64,000 bases of DNA from a bacterium (GCA_965213625.1 CBDBZU010000004.1:2496001-2560000), one strand, 5' to 3'; shown: positions 1-10,885, counted from the stretch's first letter. The notes: generated by a model from the letters alone, not told the origin. Program-made: numbers and translations.

Positions 1-151
1 AAGTTTCCTTAAATATTTTTTGATGCGTCAATATAGTGTTTTTTTGAGGCGGAGAAAGGGGTCTTGCTTTTTTCAAACATTGACTTTCGGCCCGGTTATG
101 AAATAGACTCGAATCTCATATTTCGGGTCGTTTTTGTTGTTTTTTGGCGAA

Positions 152-1405
152 ATGGGGCGCAGGATGGAAAATCTCGACCCGACACTGATGGCGCGGATAG
201 AAAAAGAGTGTGTGGGACCTTTCTTGCGTCATATGCGCGAGGAAAAAGACTTACTACTTCGTTCGATCTCCGAACAGACAAGAATCCGAACATATTATCT
301 GGAAAGTATCGAAAACGGTGACTTCGATAAGTTGCCGACAGGCCCGGTCGGCCTGGGTTTCGTTCGCGCTTTTGCGGATGCTGTCGGTGTAGACAGCAAT
401 GCCGTCGCCGCGAATTATAAACGCGAAACGACCGGCGGGGTTCCCTTGGAGGAGTTAGGTCTGGAACCCGAGTCCCGTACCTTGTACAGCCCTGTTTCCC
501 GGGTAAATCGATTCTCTTCCGTTGCCACCGTTGCTTTTGTATTGGTTTTCCTTCTCGCCGGCGGCGGCGTTTTGTGGTTCATGAAGGGACGAACGGAGCA
601 GCTAGTTCCGGTTAGCTCGATTGTCGGCAGGATCAAGACAGCGATTGCGCCCGTGGCGGAGAAGACAACCCGGCAGAATGGGGTTGATGAAAAAGCGAAT
701 AATAAAAATGGAACGGGGACAGAAGCCAAAATTGTCGGAAATAAGGAGCCAGTGCAAGAGCGTCCTCCCGCCTCGGCCGCGAATTTAAAGAAGCCTGTTG
801 TCTCCGAGAATGAGGGAAAGCCTTCCCGGGCCGAAGAGAAACCTCCGCTTCAAGCGAGTGCCCCTGCCCGGCAGAATCCCGCGGTAGAGGAGACTCCTCC
901 CGCACAGGCAAGTCCATCGCCTCAGATTCAAGAGAGTACTTCCGCTCAAGATAGCGTACGGGCCCAGGAGAGCTCCCCGGCCCCGCAAAACCCCTTGGTT
1001 GAGCAGAGTGCTCCAGCCGAAGAGAAAGTCGCTCTCAACACGGCGCCGGCTCGTCAAGCTGCCTCGCAGGAACAGCAATCCTCGGCGGCGCCTGCGTTAC
1101 CGGCCCCGGCTGCTTCCACATCGCCGACCCCAGCCCCGGCATCTTCCAAAGAACTTCCGCTGACTTTGAAGATTTTTGCGACGGAAGACACCTGGCTGCG
1201 AATCGTGGTCGATGAGAAGAATACGGAAGAACTCCTTTTGTTGGCGGGCAACGAGAAAGATTGGAAGGCGTCGGAAAAATTCGCCCTCACTGTGGGGAAC
1301 GTGGCGGGAACGCAGATATCCTTGAACGGCGCGGAGGTCGCGTTGCCCAAGAATAATTCCAACGTGCTCCGGGACTTTGTGATCAGCAAGAAGTATTTGA
1401 ATTAA
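152..1405 (+). CDS. rodZ: Cell-shape protein RodZ-like (N-terminal HTH, TM helix, Pro/Ala/Gln-rich linker, C-terminal DUF4115)
   Basis: ISEQTRIRTYYLESIENGDFDKLP...GFVRAFADAVGVD HTH; one TM segment; ATEDTWLRIVVD...VGNVAG..LNG C-terminal domain; start could be 152 or 164. Confidence 0.85.
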   Translation: MGRRMENLDPTLMARIEKECVGPFLRHMREEKDLLLRSISEQTRIRTYYLESIENGDFDKLPTGPVGLGFVRAFADAVGVDSNAVAANYKRETTGGVPLEELGLEPESRTLYSPVSRVNRFSSVATVAFVLVFLLAGGGVLWFMKGRTEQLVPVSSIVGRIKTAIAPVAEKTTRQNGVDEKANNKNGTGTEAKIVGNKEPVQERPPASAANLKKPVVSENEGKPSRAEEKPPLQASAPARQNPAVEETPPAQASPSPQIQESTSAQDSVRAQESSPAPQNPLVEQSAPAEEKVALNTAPARQAASQEQQSSAAPALPAPAASTSPTPAPASSKELPLTLKIFATEDTWLRIVVDEKNTEELLLLAGNEKDWKASEKFALTVGNVAGTQISLNGAEVALPKNNSNVLRDFVISKKYLN

Positions 1406-1461
1406 GGTTTGTCCGAAATTTTCCATGCGAAACGGGATGTCCCGACTCATTTCATCGACTG

Positions 1462-4400
1462 ATGACCGGTTTGAATTCTGATATTTGCGCTATGGATAAA
1501 TTCTTCATGTCGCTTCTTGGCCTCGATGGGGCCAAGCGGATTCTCCTGCGCGGAGCGAACGATGCTTCGATCGCCTGGTGGCTGGCCCGAATTGCGTGCG
1601 AACACCCCGGACCCGTCGTTTTCGTCGAGGGGGAGCAACGTCGCCTCGAAGTGATCAAAGCGAACATGAAGCTGTTTCTCGGCGCCTCGGTGGCGCGCGA
1701 TTTGCCCGTTCTGGGTTTTCCGGCATGGGACGTGTATCCCTTCTCACGGTTGTCTCCATCCAGCGAGGTCGTCGGCGAGAGGATGTCCGCGCTGCAATTT
1801 CTGCGGGGCGGGGAACAAGGCGTCGTATTGACCAGCATAACGGCTATGGGGACGAGAACGCCTTCTCCCGATCGTTTGGGCGACGCCATGATGCGCTTGC
1901 GCGAAGGGATGGCGATTGAGCGTGACCCTTTCATCGGTTCACTCGAATCGCTGATGTACCAAAGAAGGTCGTTGGTCGAATCCCCTGGAGAGTATGCCGT
2001 GAGAGGCGGCATTCTGGATTTTTTCTCTCCCCAAAACGCATATCCGACGCGCCTGGAGCTTCGCGGGGATGAAGTCGATTCCCTGAGAAACTTCAACCCC
2101 CAGACGCAGCGGAATCTGGAAACCCTGCAAAGCGTGGACGTCTTTCCGTCGAAAGAAATTGTTTTCTCGCCGGAGGATATCGAGAGGGGCCGCCGCGCCC
2201 TTGCCGAAATCACTGCGCCGGAAACGAGAGAACGAATCGAGCGTCTTCTCGAATATCTCGATGTAGACGGGCATTTTTCGGGTATGGAAGGTCTTGCGCC
2301 CTTGTTCCTGTCCGACATGACGACTTTGTTCGACGTAGCACCTGGCAATACGCTCTGGATAATGAATGAATCGGAAAATCTCGATGAAGCGATGGAGAAA
2401 TTTTGGGACGAGGTGAACGAGGAGGCGCGTCTTGCGCCCGAGAGGGGACTCGTTTCCTTTGCGCCCGAGCGTTTGTGGCAAACGCCGGAAGAAATTCGCG
2501 AGGAACTCTCCATCTGGCCACGTCTCGAGTTTGATTCACTGGGACTGGACGCCCCGAATCCAGAGGAGAACATCAAGGCGGACGATGCCTTGCGCGCGGA
2601 AAACATCAACCCCTTCCGTGGGCGTGTGGAGGCGTTTGTCGATCAGTTGCGCTCATGGCGCAGAGAGGACCAAAGCGTCGTCATCGTGGCGGAGGAGAAG
2701 ACCTTAGCCCTTAGGATACAGGCGCTGCTTCGCGAGCATGAGGTGGGCGTGGAAATTTTGCCCGAAGGCGCCTCTTTCATGGATGGGCGTCATGACGTCG
2801 TGCTGGCGGAGGGGAAACTAAGCGCCGGCTTCAGGCTACCCGATGAGCAGAGGGTGTTTTTTCGCGCGCAGGATTTGCTCGTCGGCGCTTTGGGAAGGGA
2901 TTCGCGCCGCCTCCCCCAATCGAAACCCGGCGAGGGTTTTAAGGATTTGAGTGAAAAAGACCTCGTGGTGCACGCGGAACACGGCGTCGGCCGCTACATG
3001 GGAACACGCGTCATCGAGCACCGCGACGGGGAGAATGAATTCCTCACCCTCCAGTATGCGGGCGGCGACAAGCTCTACGTCCCCATGGACGACGTAGAGC
3101 GCATCCACAAATATCGTGGAGGCGGAATCGCGCCGCCGCTGGACAGGTTGGGCGGGAACCGGTGGAACAAGACGAAGAACAACGTCAAGAAATCGCTCCG
3201 CGGGATCGCCCGCGATCTTGTGCGTCTGTATTCAGAGCGTAGCTCCGCGTTGGGATACGCCTTCTCGGCCGAGGGGGCGTTCGATCATGAAATATCCGCA
3301 GGCTTCGGGTTCGAGGAGACGCCAGATCAGGAACAGGCCATTCGCGTCGTGCTGGAGGATATGGAGCGCGCCCAGCCGATGGATCGCCTCATTTGCGGAG
3401 ACGTAGGCTACGGTAAGACGGAAGTGGCGCTCCGTGCCGCGGCCCGGGCGATTTCGGCGGGCAAGCAGGTCGCCGTCATCGTGCCGACGACGCTGCTCGC
3501 GCACCAGCATTGGGATACCTTCCGCCAGCGCTTCGAATCCCTGCCGGTGCAGGTGGAGATGCTCTCGCGCTTCAGAACCAGAAAAGAGCAGGCGGAAGTG
3601 GCGGAAGGACTCTCGGCGGGGCGGGTCGACATCGTCATCGGCACCCATCGGCTTCTGCAAAAAGACGTGTCGTTCCGCGATTTGGGTCTTCTGGTCATCG
3701 ACGAAGAACATCGTTTCGGAGTCTCCCACAAGGAGAAGTTAAAAAAACTCCGTGTCAACGTGGACGTTCTGACGCTCACCGCCACGCCCATCCCCCGCAC
3801 CCTGGAGATGGCGCTCTCGGGCACGCGCGATTTGAGCGTCATCGAGACGCCCCCGCGCCACCGTGTCGCGCCGCGCACGTACATCTCGCGCTTCAGTGAA
3901 AAACTCATCACAGACGCCATTACCAAGGAGATCGACAGAGGAGGCCAGGTGTTTTTCGTGCACAACCGGGTGCAAAGCCTCCCCGCCATGCGGCGGCTTC
4001 TGCAAAAACTCGCACCCGACGCGCGCATTCTGGTGGGCCACGGAAAGATGAAGGAAAGAGAACTTGAAGAGGTGATGGAGCAGTTCGTGACCCGCCGGGC
4101 CGACGTGCTGCTTTGCACCACGATCATCGAGAGCGGTCTCGACATCCCTTCGGTGAACACGATCGTGATCAACCGCGCAGATACGTTCGGTATGGCGCAG
4201 CTCTACCAGTTGCGCGGTCGCGTGGGGCGCGACAGGTTCCAGGCGCACGCCTACCTCCTGGTTTCGGGCGCCGGCTCTTTGACGAAGCAGGCCAGAGAAC
4301 GGCTGCAGGCGATCGAGGAGCTGAGCGAGTTGGGGGCCGGTTTCAAGCTGGCTATGCGTGATCTGGAGATTCGGGGCGCGGGACACTTGCTCGGGCACCG

Positions 4401-4953
4401 GCAGTCGGGTCAAATCGCGGCTGTGGGGTTCGACATGTACTGCCGCCTTCTGGAAGAAGTCGTGCAGGAGGCGAAGGGCGAGACGGTCGAACGTCGAGAG
4501 CCCGAGATCGTCGCACCGGTGGCGGGTACGCTGCCGCCTTCGTGGATTCCGGCCCAGGCCGAGCGCCTCGACGTATATCGTCGAATCGCATCGGCTCAGG
4601 CGCCGATCGAATTAAGAGAATTGGTCGTGGAGCTCCAGGATAAATACGGAGAAATGCCGACGCGCGCCCTGCACCTTCTGCAACTGGGGGAAATCCGCTT
4701 GCGCGCCCGCCTATGCGGAATCAAGTCTCTCCACGTTCGCGGGAAAGAGGCGCATCTCGAGATTTTCCCGGGCGATTATGAATTAACGGCCGCTTTTCTC
4801 GACATGCCCGGCATGATGTTCACCAATACCCATGCTTTTCGGGCGAGCGTCAGCGGGCGTTGGACGGAGGATTTTGACTTTCTCGTTCAAGTGCTGGATG
4901 CTTTGGAAGTGTGCAAGGTTACCGAAGACGAGTTGGCTGCGGAAGAGGCATGA
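1462..4953 (+). CDS. mfd: Transcription-repair coupling factor
   Basis: 1163 aa; HAEHGVGRY RID; MDRLICGDVGYGKT; DEEHRFG; TATPIPRT; QLRGRVGR; RDLEIRGAG; TRCF C-terminus. Confidence 0.97.
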   Translation: MTGLNSDICAMDKFFMSLLGLDGAKRILLRGANDASIAWWLARIACEHPGPVVFVEGEQRRLEVIKANMKLFLGASVARDLPVLGFPAWDVYPFSRLSPSSEVVGERMSALQFLRGGEQGVVLTSITAMGTRTPSPDRLGDAMMRLREGMAIERDPFIGSLESLMYQRRSLVESPGEYAVRGGILDFFSPQNAYPTRLELRGDEVDSLRNFNPQTQRNLETLQSVDVFPSKEIVFSPEDIERGRRALAEITAPETRERIERLLEYLDVDGHFSGMEGLAPLFLSDMTTLFDVAPGNTLWIMNESENLDEAMEKFWDEVNEEARLAPERGLVSFAPERLWQTPEEIREELSIWPRLEFDSLGLDAPNPEENIKADDALRAENINPFRGRVEAFVDQLRSWRREDQSVVIVAEEKTLALRIQALLREHEVGVEILPEGASFMDGRHDVVLAEGKLSAGFRLPDEQRVFFRAQDLLVGALGRDSRRLPQSKPGEGFKDLSEKDLVVHAEHGVGRYMGTRVIEHRDGENEFLTLQYAGGDKLYVPMDDVERIHKYRGGGIAPPLDRLGGNRWNKTKNNVKKSLRGIARDLVRLYSERSSALGYAFSAEGAFDHEISAGFGFEETPDQEQAIRVVLEDMERAQPMDRLICGDVGYGKTEVALRAAARAISAGKQVAVIVPTTLLAHQHWDTFRQRFESLPVQVEMLSRFRTRKEQAEVAEGLSAGRVDIVIGTHRLLQKDVSFRDLGLLVIDEEHRFGVSHKEKLKKLRVNVDVLTLTATPIPRTLEMALSGTRDLSVIETPPRHRVAPRTYISRFSEKLITDAITKEIDRGGQVFFVHNRVQSLPAMRRLLQKLAPDARILVGHGKMKERELEEVMEQFVTRRADVLLCTTIIESGLDIPSVNTIVINRADTFGMAQLYQLRGRVGRDRFQAHAYLLVSGAGSLTKQARERLQAIEELSELGAGFKLAMRDLEIRGAGHLLGHRQSGQIAAVGFDMYCRLLEEVVQEAKGETVERREPEIVAPVAGTLPPSWIPAQAERLDVYRRIASAQAPIELRELVVELQDKYGEMPTRALHLLQLGEIRLRARLCGIKSLHVRGKEAHLEIFPGDYELTAAFLDMPGMMFTNTHAFRASVSGRWTEDFDFLVQVLDALEVCKVTEDELAAEEA

Positions 4954-4963
4954 GGCTCTCATT

Positions 4964-5947
4964 ATGGAAGACGAGAGGGGCGCGCGGCGTCTGAGGCGTG
5001 GCGGCCTTACCTGGTGGGCATGGGTTTGCTTGGTGACGCCGCTCATCGTGGCGGGCTGTGATTCTGCGCTTCAGACCCGAAGCGAGAAAAAAGATACCCT
5101 GCTGGCGCAGGTCAACGGCGAGCCGATAACCCGCCAGGATGTCCGCGCGCATTTCATGGCGAGCGGGGCTCAGGAAATTGCGGGCAAGGCTGAAAAGCCC
5201 ATACCGAAGGTCTTGCTCGATCAACTCGTGGAAAGGCGACTCTTGCTCCAGCGCTTCCGGGAGACGGGCGAATATGTCAGCGAGGGGAAAGTAAGGCGCT
5301 TCGTCGAATTTATCCGCCGCCAATATGGCGATCAGGATTTGAGCGCCATCATGAAGGATCAGGGGATTGACGAGGAGTCGTGGCTCAAAACGATGCGCGA
5401 AACACTCGAGATTGAATACCTGCTCGATAGGGAAGTGTATTCGAAGCTCAAAGTCTCGGATTCGGAGATAGAAGATTACTACAACCGCAACAAGGAGAAA
5501 TTCAAGGTCGGAAGGCGGCTGCGTGTTCGCCAAATCGTCGTCTCTTCGGCTAAAATGGCGAATCGATTGAGGAAGCTGATTCTCGGGGGGGAATCGTTCG
5601 CGTCTTTGGCGCAGAAGAATTCCATAGGCCCCGAGAGCCGCATGGGCGGCGATTTGGGTTATTTCGAAGAAGGGGAGTTGCCTGAAAACATCGAGAACGT
5701 GGTGACTTCGTTGAATTTGGGCGAGGTGAGCCGGGTCGTAAAGAGTCCGGCGGGCTTCCACCTCCTGGAGGTGTCGGAGAGGAGGTTGCCGTTCCAGAAA
5801 ACTCTGGCGTCCGTGAGGGAAAACATACGAAAACGACTGCTGGCCGATAAGGGAAGAGCGAGACTCGAGGGCTGGCTCGGAGAACTCAAACGAAATGCGA
5901 AAATCAAATACTACCTGGAAAATTTTGAAAATGTCGTATCGGGTTAG
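4964..5947 (+). CDS. Parvulin-type peptidyl-prolyl isomerase lipoprotein (PrsA/SurA family)
   Basis: LIVAGC lipobox; LAQVNGEPIT; FASLAQKNS..ESRMGGDLGYF; VKSPAGFHL; start moved to ATG 4964 just after the mfd stop. Confidence 0.85.
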   Translation: MEDERGARRLRRGGLTWWAWVCLVTPLIVAGCDSALQTRSEKKDTLLAQVNGEPITRQDVRAHFMASGAQEIAGKAEKPIPKVLLDQLVERRLLLQRFRETGEYVSEGKVRRFVEFIRRQYGDQDLSAIMKDQGIDEESWLKTMRETLEIEYLLDREVYSKLKVSDSEIEDYYNRNKEKFKVGRRLRVRQIVVSSAKMANRLRKLILGGESFASLAQKNSIGPESRMGGDLGYFEEGELPENIENVVTSLNLGEVSRVVKSPAGFHLLEVSERRLPFQKTLASVRENIRKRLLADKGRARLEGWLGELKRNAKIKYYLENFENVVSG

Positions 5948-7421
5948 GCGTTTCTTCGTTTTGGTGGCCGCTTTTTGCGTGCTGGTGGGCGCGCCCGTCG
6001 CTGCGACCTCCGCCGCCGTGACGATTGAGAGAATCATCGCGAAGATTGACGATGACATCATCATGCTATCCGAGCTTCAGGATTTCGTGAAACCGAACGT
6101 CGACAAGTTGAAGCGGAATTTCAGGGGAGAACAACTGAACCGGCGGATTCGGGGACTCGAACTCCAGGCGCTCGACGCCATGATTGAGAACAGACTCATA
6201 TTGACGCGCGCCGCTGCTCTCGAGTTGAGCGTCAGCGAAAAAGAAATCGAAAACGCCATCGCGGGCATCCTCCGCCAGAACAAGACGACGACGGCCGGAT
6301 TGCGTGAATTTTTATCGTCGCAGGGGATGACGATGGAAAAATATCGCGAGGAAATTCGCGAGAAACTTCTGGCGCGAAAAGTGGAGAGCACCGAAGTCGG
6401 CGTTCGTGTCTCGGTGGTGGAGCAGGAAATCGCAGATTATTACGACGCGCATGCCGATGACTACCGCGAGGCGGAAAGCCGTACAGTGCGGCAGGTTTTC
6501 CTTCCCGTGAGCAAAGGCGCCGCCGCTGTGGATATCGAAGCGCAGCGTAAAAAGGCGGATATTGCATACGAGGAGGCCATGAAGCCGGGTGCTGGTTTCG
6601 CCGAAGTGGCGGAGAAGCATTCCGAGGGCCCCGCCCGGAGCCGGGGCGGCTCGTTGGGTTCCGTGAAGAAGGGCGAGGTTTTCCCCGAACTCGAACAACT
6701 CATATTCTCGACGCCGAAAGGCGGGACGAGCAAGCCGACAAGAACGAGAGTGGGCTTTCACGTCATACACGTCGATGATGTGAAACCGGGCAAAGTGATC
6801 ACCCTCGACAGGGTGTCCGGCAAAATCCGCAACAAGTTGTTCCAGGAAAAATTCACCAAGAGGCGACGCGAGTGGGTAACGGAACTCAAAAGAACCGCTT
6901 TTCTCGAGGTCAGCTACGACCCCACGCCTTCGCCCGGCGGCTTGTCTTCCGTGTTCAAGGATGTTCGCGAACAGATCAGTTTCAGGCTGATCGGCATCAA
7001 GCTTAAACAAAAGGGCGGGTTGTTCGGGCAGGACAGGGTCCTGTGGGCCTATGGCGCGAACAGGGACAAGCCCCGCTGGAAATCGGACAGGGTGAAGGTC
7101 GGAGAGGGGGCCAGTGTAGGAAAAGACGCCATCGGCGCCCTGGAGACGGGGCACCGCTTGTTCGTGAATCCCGACCCTTCGGCGAACCTCTATTTGTTCC
7201 GCTACGTGTATCTGCTGCCCGACTCATTTATCGGCAAGGTCAGCTTTGCGGATATGATCAAGGCGTACTCGGCCCAGTCGAAGGCCGGGGCCGAAGGGCA
7301 AAATGCCGAGGCGAAGAAGATGACCTTCGAGACGGAGAACAAGGCCGCGCGGGTCGAGTTCGAGGTGGAGGTCCAGAAAACGCGCAGCATCGTAGCGGAT
7401 CCCAAAGAAATCACCCAATGA
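5931..7421 (+). CDS. surA: SurA-like chaperone/PPIase with an extra ~165-aa C-terminal domain
   Basis: Signal peptide; IERIIAKIDDDIIMLSEL SurA N-domain; FAEVAEKHSEGPARSRGGSLG..TRVGFHVI rotamase; follows mfd as in many bacteria. Confidence 0.8.
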   Translation: MSYRVRRFFVLVAAFCVLVGAPVAATSAAVTIERIIAKIDDDIIMLSELQDFVKPNVDKLKRNFRGEQLNRRIRGLELQALDAMIENRLILTRAAALELSVSEKEIENAIAGILRQNKTTTAGLREFLSSQGMTMEKYREEIREKLLARKVESTEVGVRVSVVEQEIADYYDAHADDYREAESRTVRQVFLPVSKGAAAVDIEAQRKKADIAYEEAMKPGAGFAEVAEKHSEGPARSRGGSLGSVKKGEVFPELEQLIFSTPKGGTSKPTRTRVGFHVIHVDDVKPGKVITLDRVSGKIRNKLFQEKFTKRRREWVTELKRTAFLEVSYDPTPSPGGLSSVFKDVREQISFRLIGIKLKQKGGLFGQDRVLWAYGANRDKPRWKSDRVKVGEGASVGKDAIGALETGHRLFVNPDPSANLYLFRYVYLLPDSFIGKVSFADMIKAYSAQSKAGAEGQNAEAKKMTFETENKAARVEFEVEVQKTRSIVADPKEITQ

Positions 7422-7430
7422 TGGTGCAGA

Positions 7431-7745
7431 ATGCGCCTCGACCAGTTTTTGCGCTATAGCCGCCTGGTCAAGCGCCGACCCCTCGCCAAGAGCCTGGCGG
7501 ACGGGGGTGCGGTGGATATCGAGGGAAAAACGGCCAAAGCATCGTCAAAGGTGGAAATCGGAGACGTGTTGAGCCTCAGGCTCGACAACAAAACCCTGCG
7601 CATCCGCATACTGGGGGAGGCGAGGCGCAATTTGTCGAAAAAAGACGCATCCGACCTGTTCGAGGTTATGGAGGAAGCCGCTCACGTCCCCGATGAGAGA
7701 GAGGAACTATCAGGCGCGCCGCTGGATTTTTTGAAGCGTTCGTGA
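7431..7745 (+). CDS. S4-domain RNA-binding protein (Hsp15/RqcP-YabO-like)
   Basis: MRLDQFLRYSRLVKRRPLAK..GAVDIEGKTAKASSKVEIGDVL. Confidence 0.9.
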   Translation: MRLDQFLRYSRLVKRRPLAKSLADGGAVDIEGKTAKASSKVEIGDVLSLRLDNKTLRIRILGEARRNLSKKDASDLFEVMEEAAHVPDEREELSGAPLDFLKRS

Positions 7746-7840
7746 ATTCCCTCTTGCCCTTTGTGGCAAAGACTGCTAGTTTCCAAGAAATGTCCCGGCC
7801 GGATTTTCGCCGGGCGGAAATAACCTGGTGATAGAGAAAT

Positions 7841-7878
7841 TCCCCTTTAATGTCGTCCCGTGAGGCGGCGAAGGAGGA
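7841..7878 (+). promoter_or_regulatory. PyrR-binding loop of the pyr leader attenuator
   Basis: CCTTTAA-TGTC-GTCCCGTGAGGC-GGCGAAGG resembles the PyrR loop consensus (UUUAA...GUCCNGNGAGGY...AAGG), directly upstream of pyrR. Confidence 0.8.
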
Positions 7879-7915
7879 AACGCAGATGCTTGCCATTCTC
7901 GCGCGTGTTTTTTGC

Positions 7916-7947
7916 ACTCCATGCCCTGTGGGCATGGAGTTTTTTTT
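7916..7947 (+). terminator. Intrinsic attenuator terminator upstream of pyrR
   Basis: ACTCCATGCCC-TGT-GGGCATGGAGT perfect 11-bp stem followed by a T-run. Confidence 0.9.
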
Positions 7948-7992
7948 GTGCTCATTTTACGCGCAAACGCCCGAACGCCGGATTTCGCCCTG

Positions 7993-8517
7993 ATGATGAA
8001 GCAACTCGATGCCGAGCAGCTCAGGCGCACCTTGCGGCGTCTCTCGCATGAAATTCTCGAGCGCACCGCCGATCTGTCGGACCTGGTGTTCGTCGGCATC
8101 CGCACGAGGGGCACGCCTCTGGCGGAAAGGCTGGCCCGGGAGCTTCAGTCTCTGGTGGGCGTGCACCCGCTCGTGGGCGCGCTCGACGTGACGCTCTACC
8201 GCGACGACCTGAACCAGGCCGACGGGGTGAGAACCGGCCTCAAGAAAACGGACTTGTCCTTCTCCTGTGAGGGGAAGGACGTCATTTTGGTCGACGACGT
8301 GCTCTACACGGGCCGCACGGCGCGCGCCGCCCTGGCCGCGCTCATGAGCTTCGGCCGGCCCCGCAGGGTGCGGCTCGCCATCCTGGTGGACAGGGGAGGG
8401 CGCGAACTGCCCATACGCGCCGATTTCGTGGGGAAGAACATCGAGGCCGTCCATCCCGAAGAAGTGCGTGTGCATCTGGAGGAAACAGACGGCCAGGACG
8501 CCGTTTTCAAGAGATAA
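7993..8517 (+). CDS. pyrR: Pyrimidine attenuation regulator / uracil phosphoribosyltransferase
   Basis: GIRTRG; LDVTLYRDDL; VILVDDVLYTGRT; LVDRGGRELPIRADFVGKN. Confidence 0.96.
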   Translation: MMKQLDAEQLRRTLRRLSHEILERTADLSDLVFVGIRTRGTPLAERLARELQSLVGVHPLVGALDVTLYRDDLNQADGVRTGLKKTDLSFSCEGKDVILVDDVLYTGRTARAALAALMSFGRPRRVRLAILVDRGGRELPIRADFVGKNIEAVHPEEVRVHLEETDGQDAVFKR

Positions 8518-8559
8518 AACGAGCCCGGAAGCCGGGGCATTGCCAGTGGGGGGGATAAT

Positions 8560-9579
8560 ATGAGCCTGGAGACCTACCGAAGAAAGGATTTGCTCTCGAT
8601 TCGAGAACTCGAGCCCGAGGAAATAACGTTCCTGCTCGATCAGACCGATTCGTTTCGCGAGATCAACGAACGCGACATCAAGAAAGTGCCCACGCTGAGA
8701 GGAAAGACGATCGTCAACCTGTTCTTCGAGAACAGCACGCGCACACGCGCCTCGTTCGAAATCGCGGGCAAGCGCCTCTCGGCGGACGTCATCAACCTCT
8801 CCGTCTCGACGAGTTCGGCGGCCAAGGGGGAAACCCTGCGCGATACGGCGAGGAACATCGAGGCGATGGCCACCGACGTGCTCGTCGTCCGGCACTGGGC
8901 GTCGGGCGCGCCGGCCTACCTGGGCAGAGAACTCGATTGCGCCGTCGTGAACGCGGGTGACGGCTGCCACGAGCACCCCACCCAGGCGCTGCTCGACCTC
9001 TACACCATCAGAGAGCACAAGAAGAAGTTCAAGGGCCTGAACGTCTCCATCGTGGGGGACATCGCGCACAGCCGCGTGGCGCGCTCGAACGTGGCCGGGC
9101 TCCTGAAGCTGGGCGCGAACGTCACCTTCTGCGGCCCGTCCACGATGTTGCCCGCCGAAGTCGGCTGCCTGGGGGCGCGCGTGACGACGAGGCTCGATGA
9201 GGCCATCGACGGGGCGGACGTGCTCATCGCCCTCAGAATCCAGCTGGAAAGGGGCGCCGGGAGCGCCTTCCCCAGCGAACGCGAGTACGCCAACACCTAC
9301 GGAATCACCAAGAAGAAGCTCCAGGGGGCGAAGCGCGACCTGCTCATCATGCACCCGGGGCCCATCAACCGGGGCGTGGAGATGTCCCCCGACGTGGCCG
9401 ACGGGCCGTTCTCCGTCATCCTGGAACAGGTCGAATACGGCGTCGCCTGCAGGATGGCGATTCTCTATCTTCTCTCGGTGAAGCGGGATGAAGAGACGGG
9501 GGATGAGGCTTCCAAGGAAGTGGACGCCGCGGAGCCTGAAAAATCGCGCAAGGAGGTGAGAGATGCCGTTGCTCATTAA
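8560..9579 (+). CDS. pyrB: Aspartate carbamoyltransferase catalytic subunit
   Basis: FFENSTRT; [12 protein letters not shown]; [11 protein letters not shown]. Confidence 0.97.
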   Translation: MSLETYRRKDLLSIRELEPEEITFLLDQTDSFREINERDIKKVPTLRGKTIVNLFFENSTRTRASFEIAGKRLSADVINLSVSTSSAAKGETLRDTARNIEAMATDVLVVRHWASGAPAYLGRELDCAVVNAGDGCHEHPTQALLDLYTIREHKKKFKGLNVSIVGDIAHSRVARSNVAGLLKLGANVTFCGPSTMLPAEVGCLGARVTTRLDEAIDGADVLIALRIQLERGAGSAFPSEREYANTYGITKKKLQGAKRDLLIMHPGPINRGVEMSPDVADGPFSVILEQVEYGVACRMAILYLLSVKRDEETGDEASKEVDAAEPEKSRKEVRDAVAH

Positions 9580-10885
9580 GGGGGGACGCCTCATCGACCC
9601 TGCAGACGGCGTCGATGAGAAATGTGACATCCTGATCGAAGAGGGAAAAGTCGCGCACAGGAAAAAGAACATCTTGCCGCGCGGCGGGGATGAAATCATC
9701 GACGCCGAGGGGCTCGTTGTCGCGCCCGGTTTTATCGACATGCACGTCCATTTCCGGGAACCGGGGCAGGAATACAAGGAGGACATCGAGAGCGGCACCC
9801 GCGCCGCCGCCGCCGGCGGGTTTACCGGCGTGGCGTGCATGGCGAACACCGACCCGGTGAACGATACGAGTTCCATCACCGAGCGGATACTCAAGCGCGC
9901 GCGCGAGGTGGGCGCCTGCCGCGTGTTCCCCATCGGCTCGGTTTCGGTGGGACTCGAGGGCGAGGAATTGAGCGAGATGGCCGAGCAGATAGAGGCGGGC
10001 GCGGTGGCCTTCAGCGACGACGGCGTGCCGGTCAAGACGGCCGCCCTGATGCGCGCCGCCCTCGAATACGCCGGAATGCTGGGTGTGAGCGTGCTCGATC
10101 ACGCAGAGGAAATGACGCTCTCCTCAGCCAAGGTGATGAACGAGGGGGCGGTTTCCACCCTGCTCGGCCTGTCGGGCAACCCGGCGGCGAGCGAGGACAT
10201 CTGCGTATACCGCGACATCCGCCTGGCGGAACTGACGGGGGGCAGGCTCCACATCCTCCACATCTCCTCCGCGGGCGCGGTGGACCTGGTCCGGTCGGCG
10301 AGAGCGCGCGAGGTCCGCGTAACGGCGGAGGTGACGCCGCACCACTTCTCCCTGACGGATGAGGTGATACTGGGTTTCGACTCGGCCGCCAAGATGGCGC
10401 CGCCGCTGCGAGACGAGGCGAACAGGCTGGCGCTGCTGGAGGGCCTTAGGGACGGAACGATATCCGCCATCGCATCTGACCACGCGCCGCACTACGAGGC
10501 GGAGACCCAGAGGGAGTTCGACGCCGTGCCGTTCGGCATCGTGGGGCTTGAGACGGCCGTATCGCTCGCGCTGGACAGGCTCGTGGGCGGGGGCGTGCTC
10601 ACGCTGCCCGAGTTGATTGCGAAGTTCACGACGGGGCCGTGCGAGGTGCTGGGACTGCCCCACGGGACCCTGAAAGAGGGCGCTCCCGGGGACGTGACCA
10701 TTCTGGACCCCGAGCGCGAGATCACCGTCGACCCCGACGCGTTCGAGAGCAACGGCAGGAATACCCCTTTCACAGGCTGGAAGCTCAAGGGATGTGCCGT
10801 CGCCACGGTCGTTGCGGGGAACGTACGGATGAGCAGGCTTACGGGTGAAATGAAAATTGCCGCACAGGAGGCGCTCGTTTCATGA
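9563..10885 (+). CDS. pyrC: Dihydroorotase
   Basis: [14 protein letters not shown]; AEVTPHH; ASDHAPH; NTPF. Confidence 0.95.
   Translation: MPLLIKGGRLIDPADGVDEKCDILIEEGKVAHRKKNILPRGGDEIIDAEGLVVAPGFIDMHVHFREPGQEYKEDIESGTRAAAAGGFTGVACMANTDPVNDTSSITERILKRAREVGACRVFPIGSVSVGLEGEELSEMAEQIEAGAVAFSDDGVPVKTAALMRAALEYAGMLGVSVLDHAEEMTLSSAKVMNEGAVSTLLGLSGNPAASEDICVYRDIRLAELTGGRLHILHISSAGAVDLVRSARAREVRVTAEVTPHHFSLTDEVILGFDSAAKMAPPLRDEANRLALLEGLRDGTISAIASDHAPHYEAETQREFDAVPFGIVGLETAVSLALDRLVGGGVLTLPELIAKFTTGPCEVLGLPHGTLKEGAPGDVTILDPEREITVDPDAFESNGRNTPFTGWKLKGCAVATVVAGNVRMSRLTGEMKIAAQEALVS

Noticed and set aside
7957-10035. Long antisense ORFs (692 aa here; also 42182-43972, 60275-61741, 10492-11922 and others)
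   Set aside because: Shadows of high-GC coding genes on the opposite strand, with no recognisable motifs
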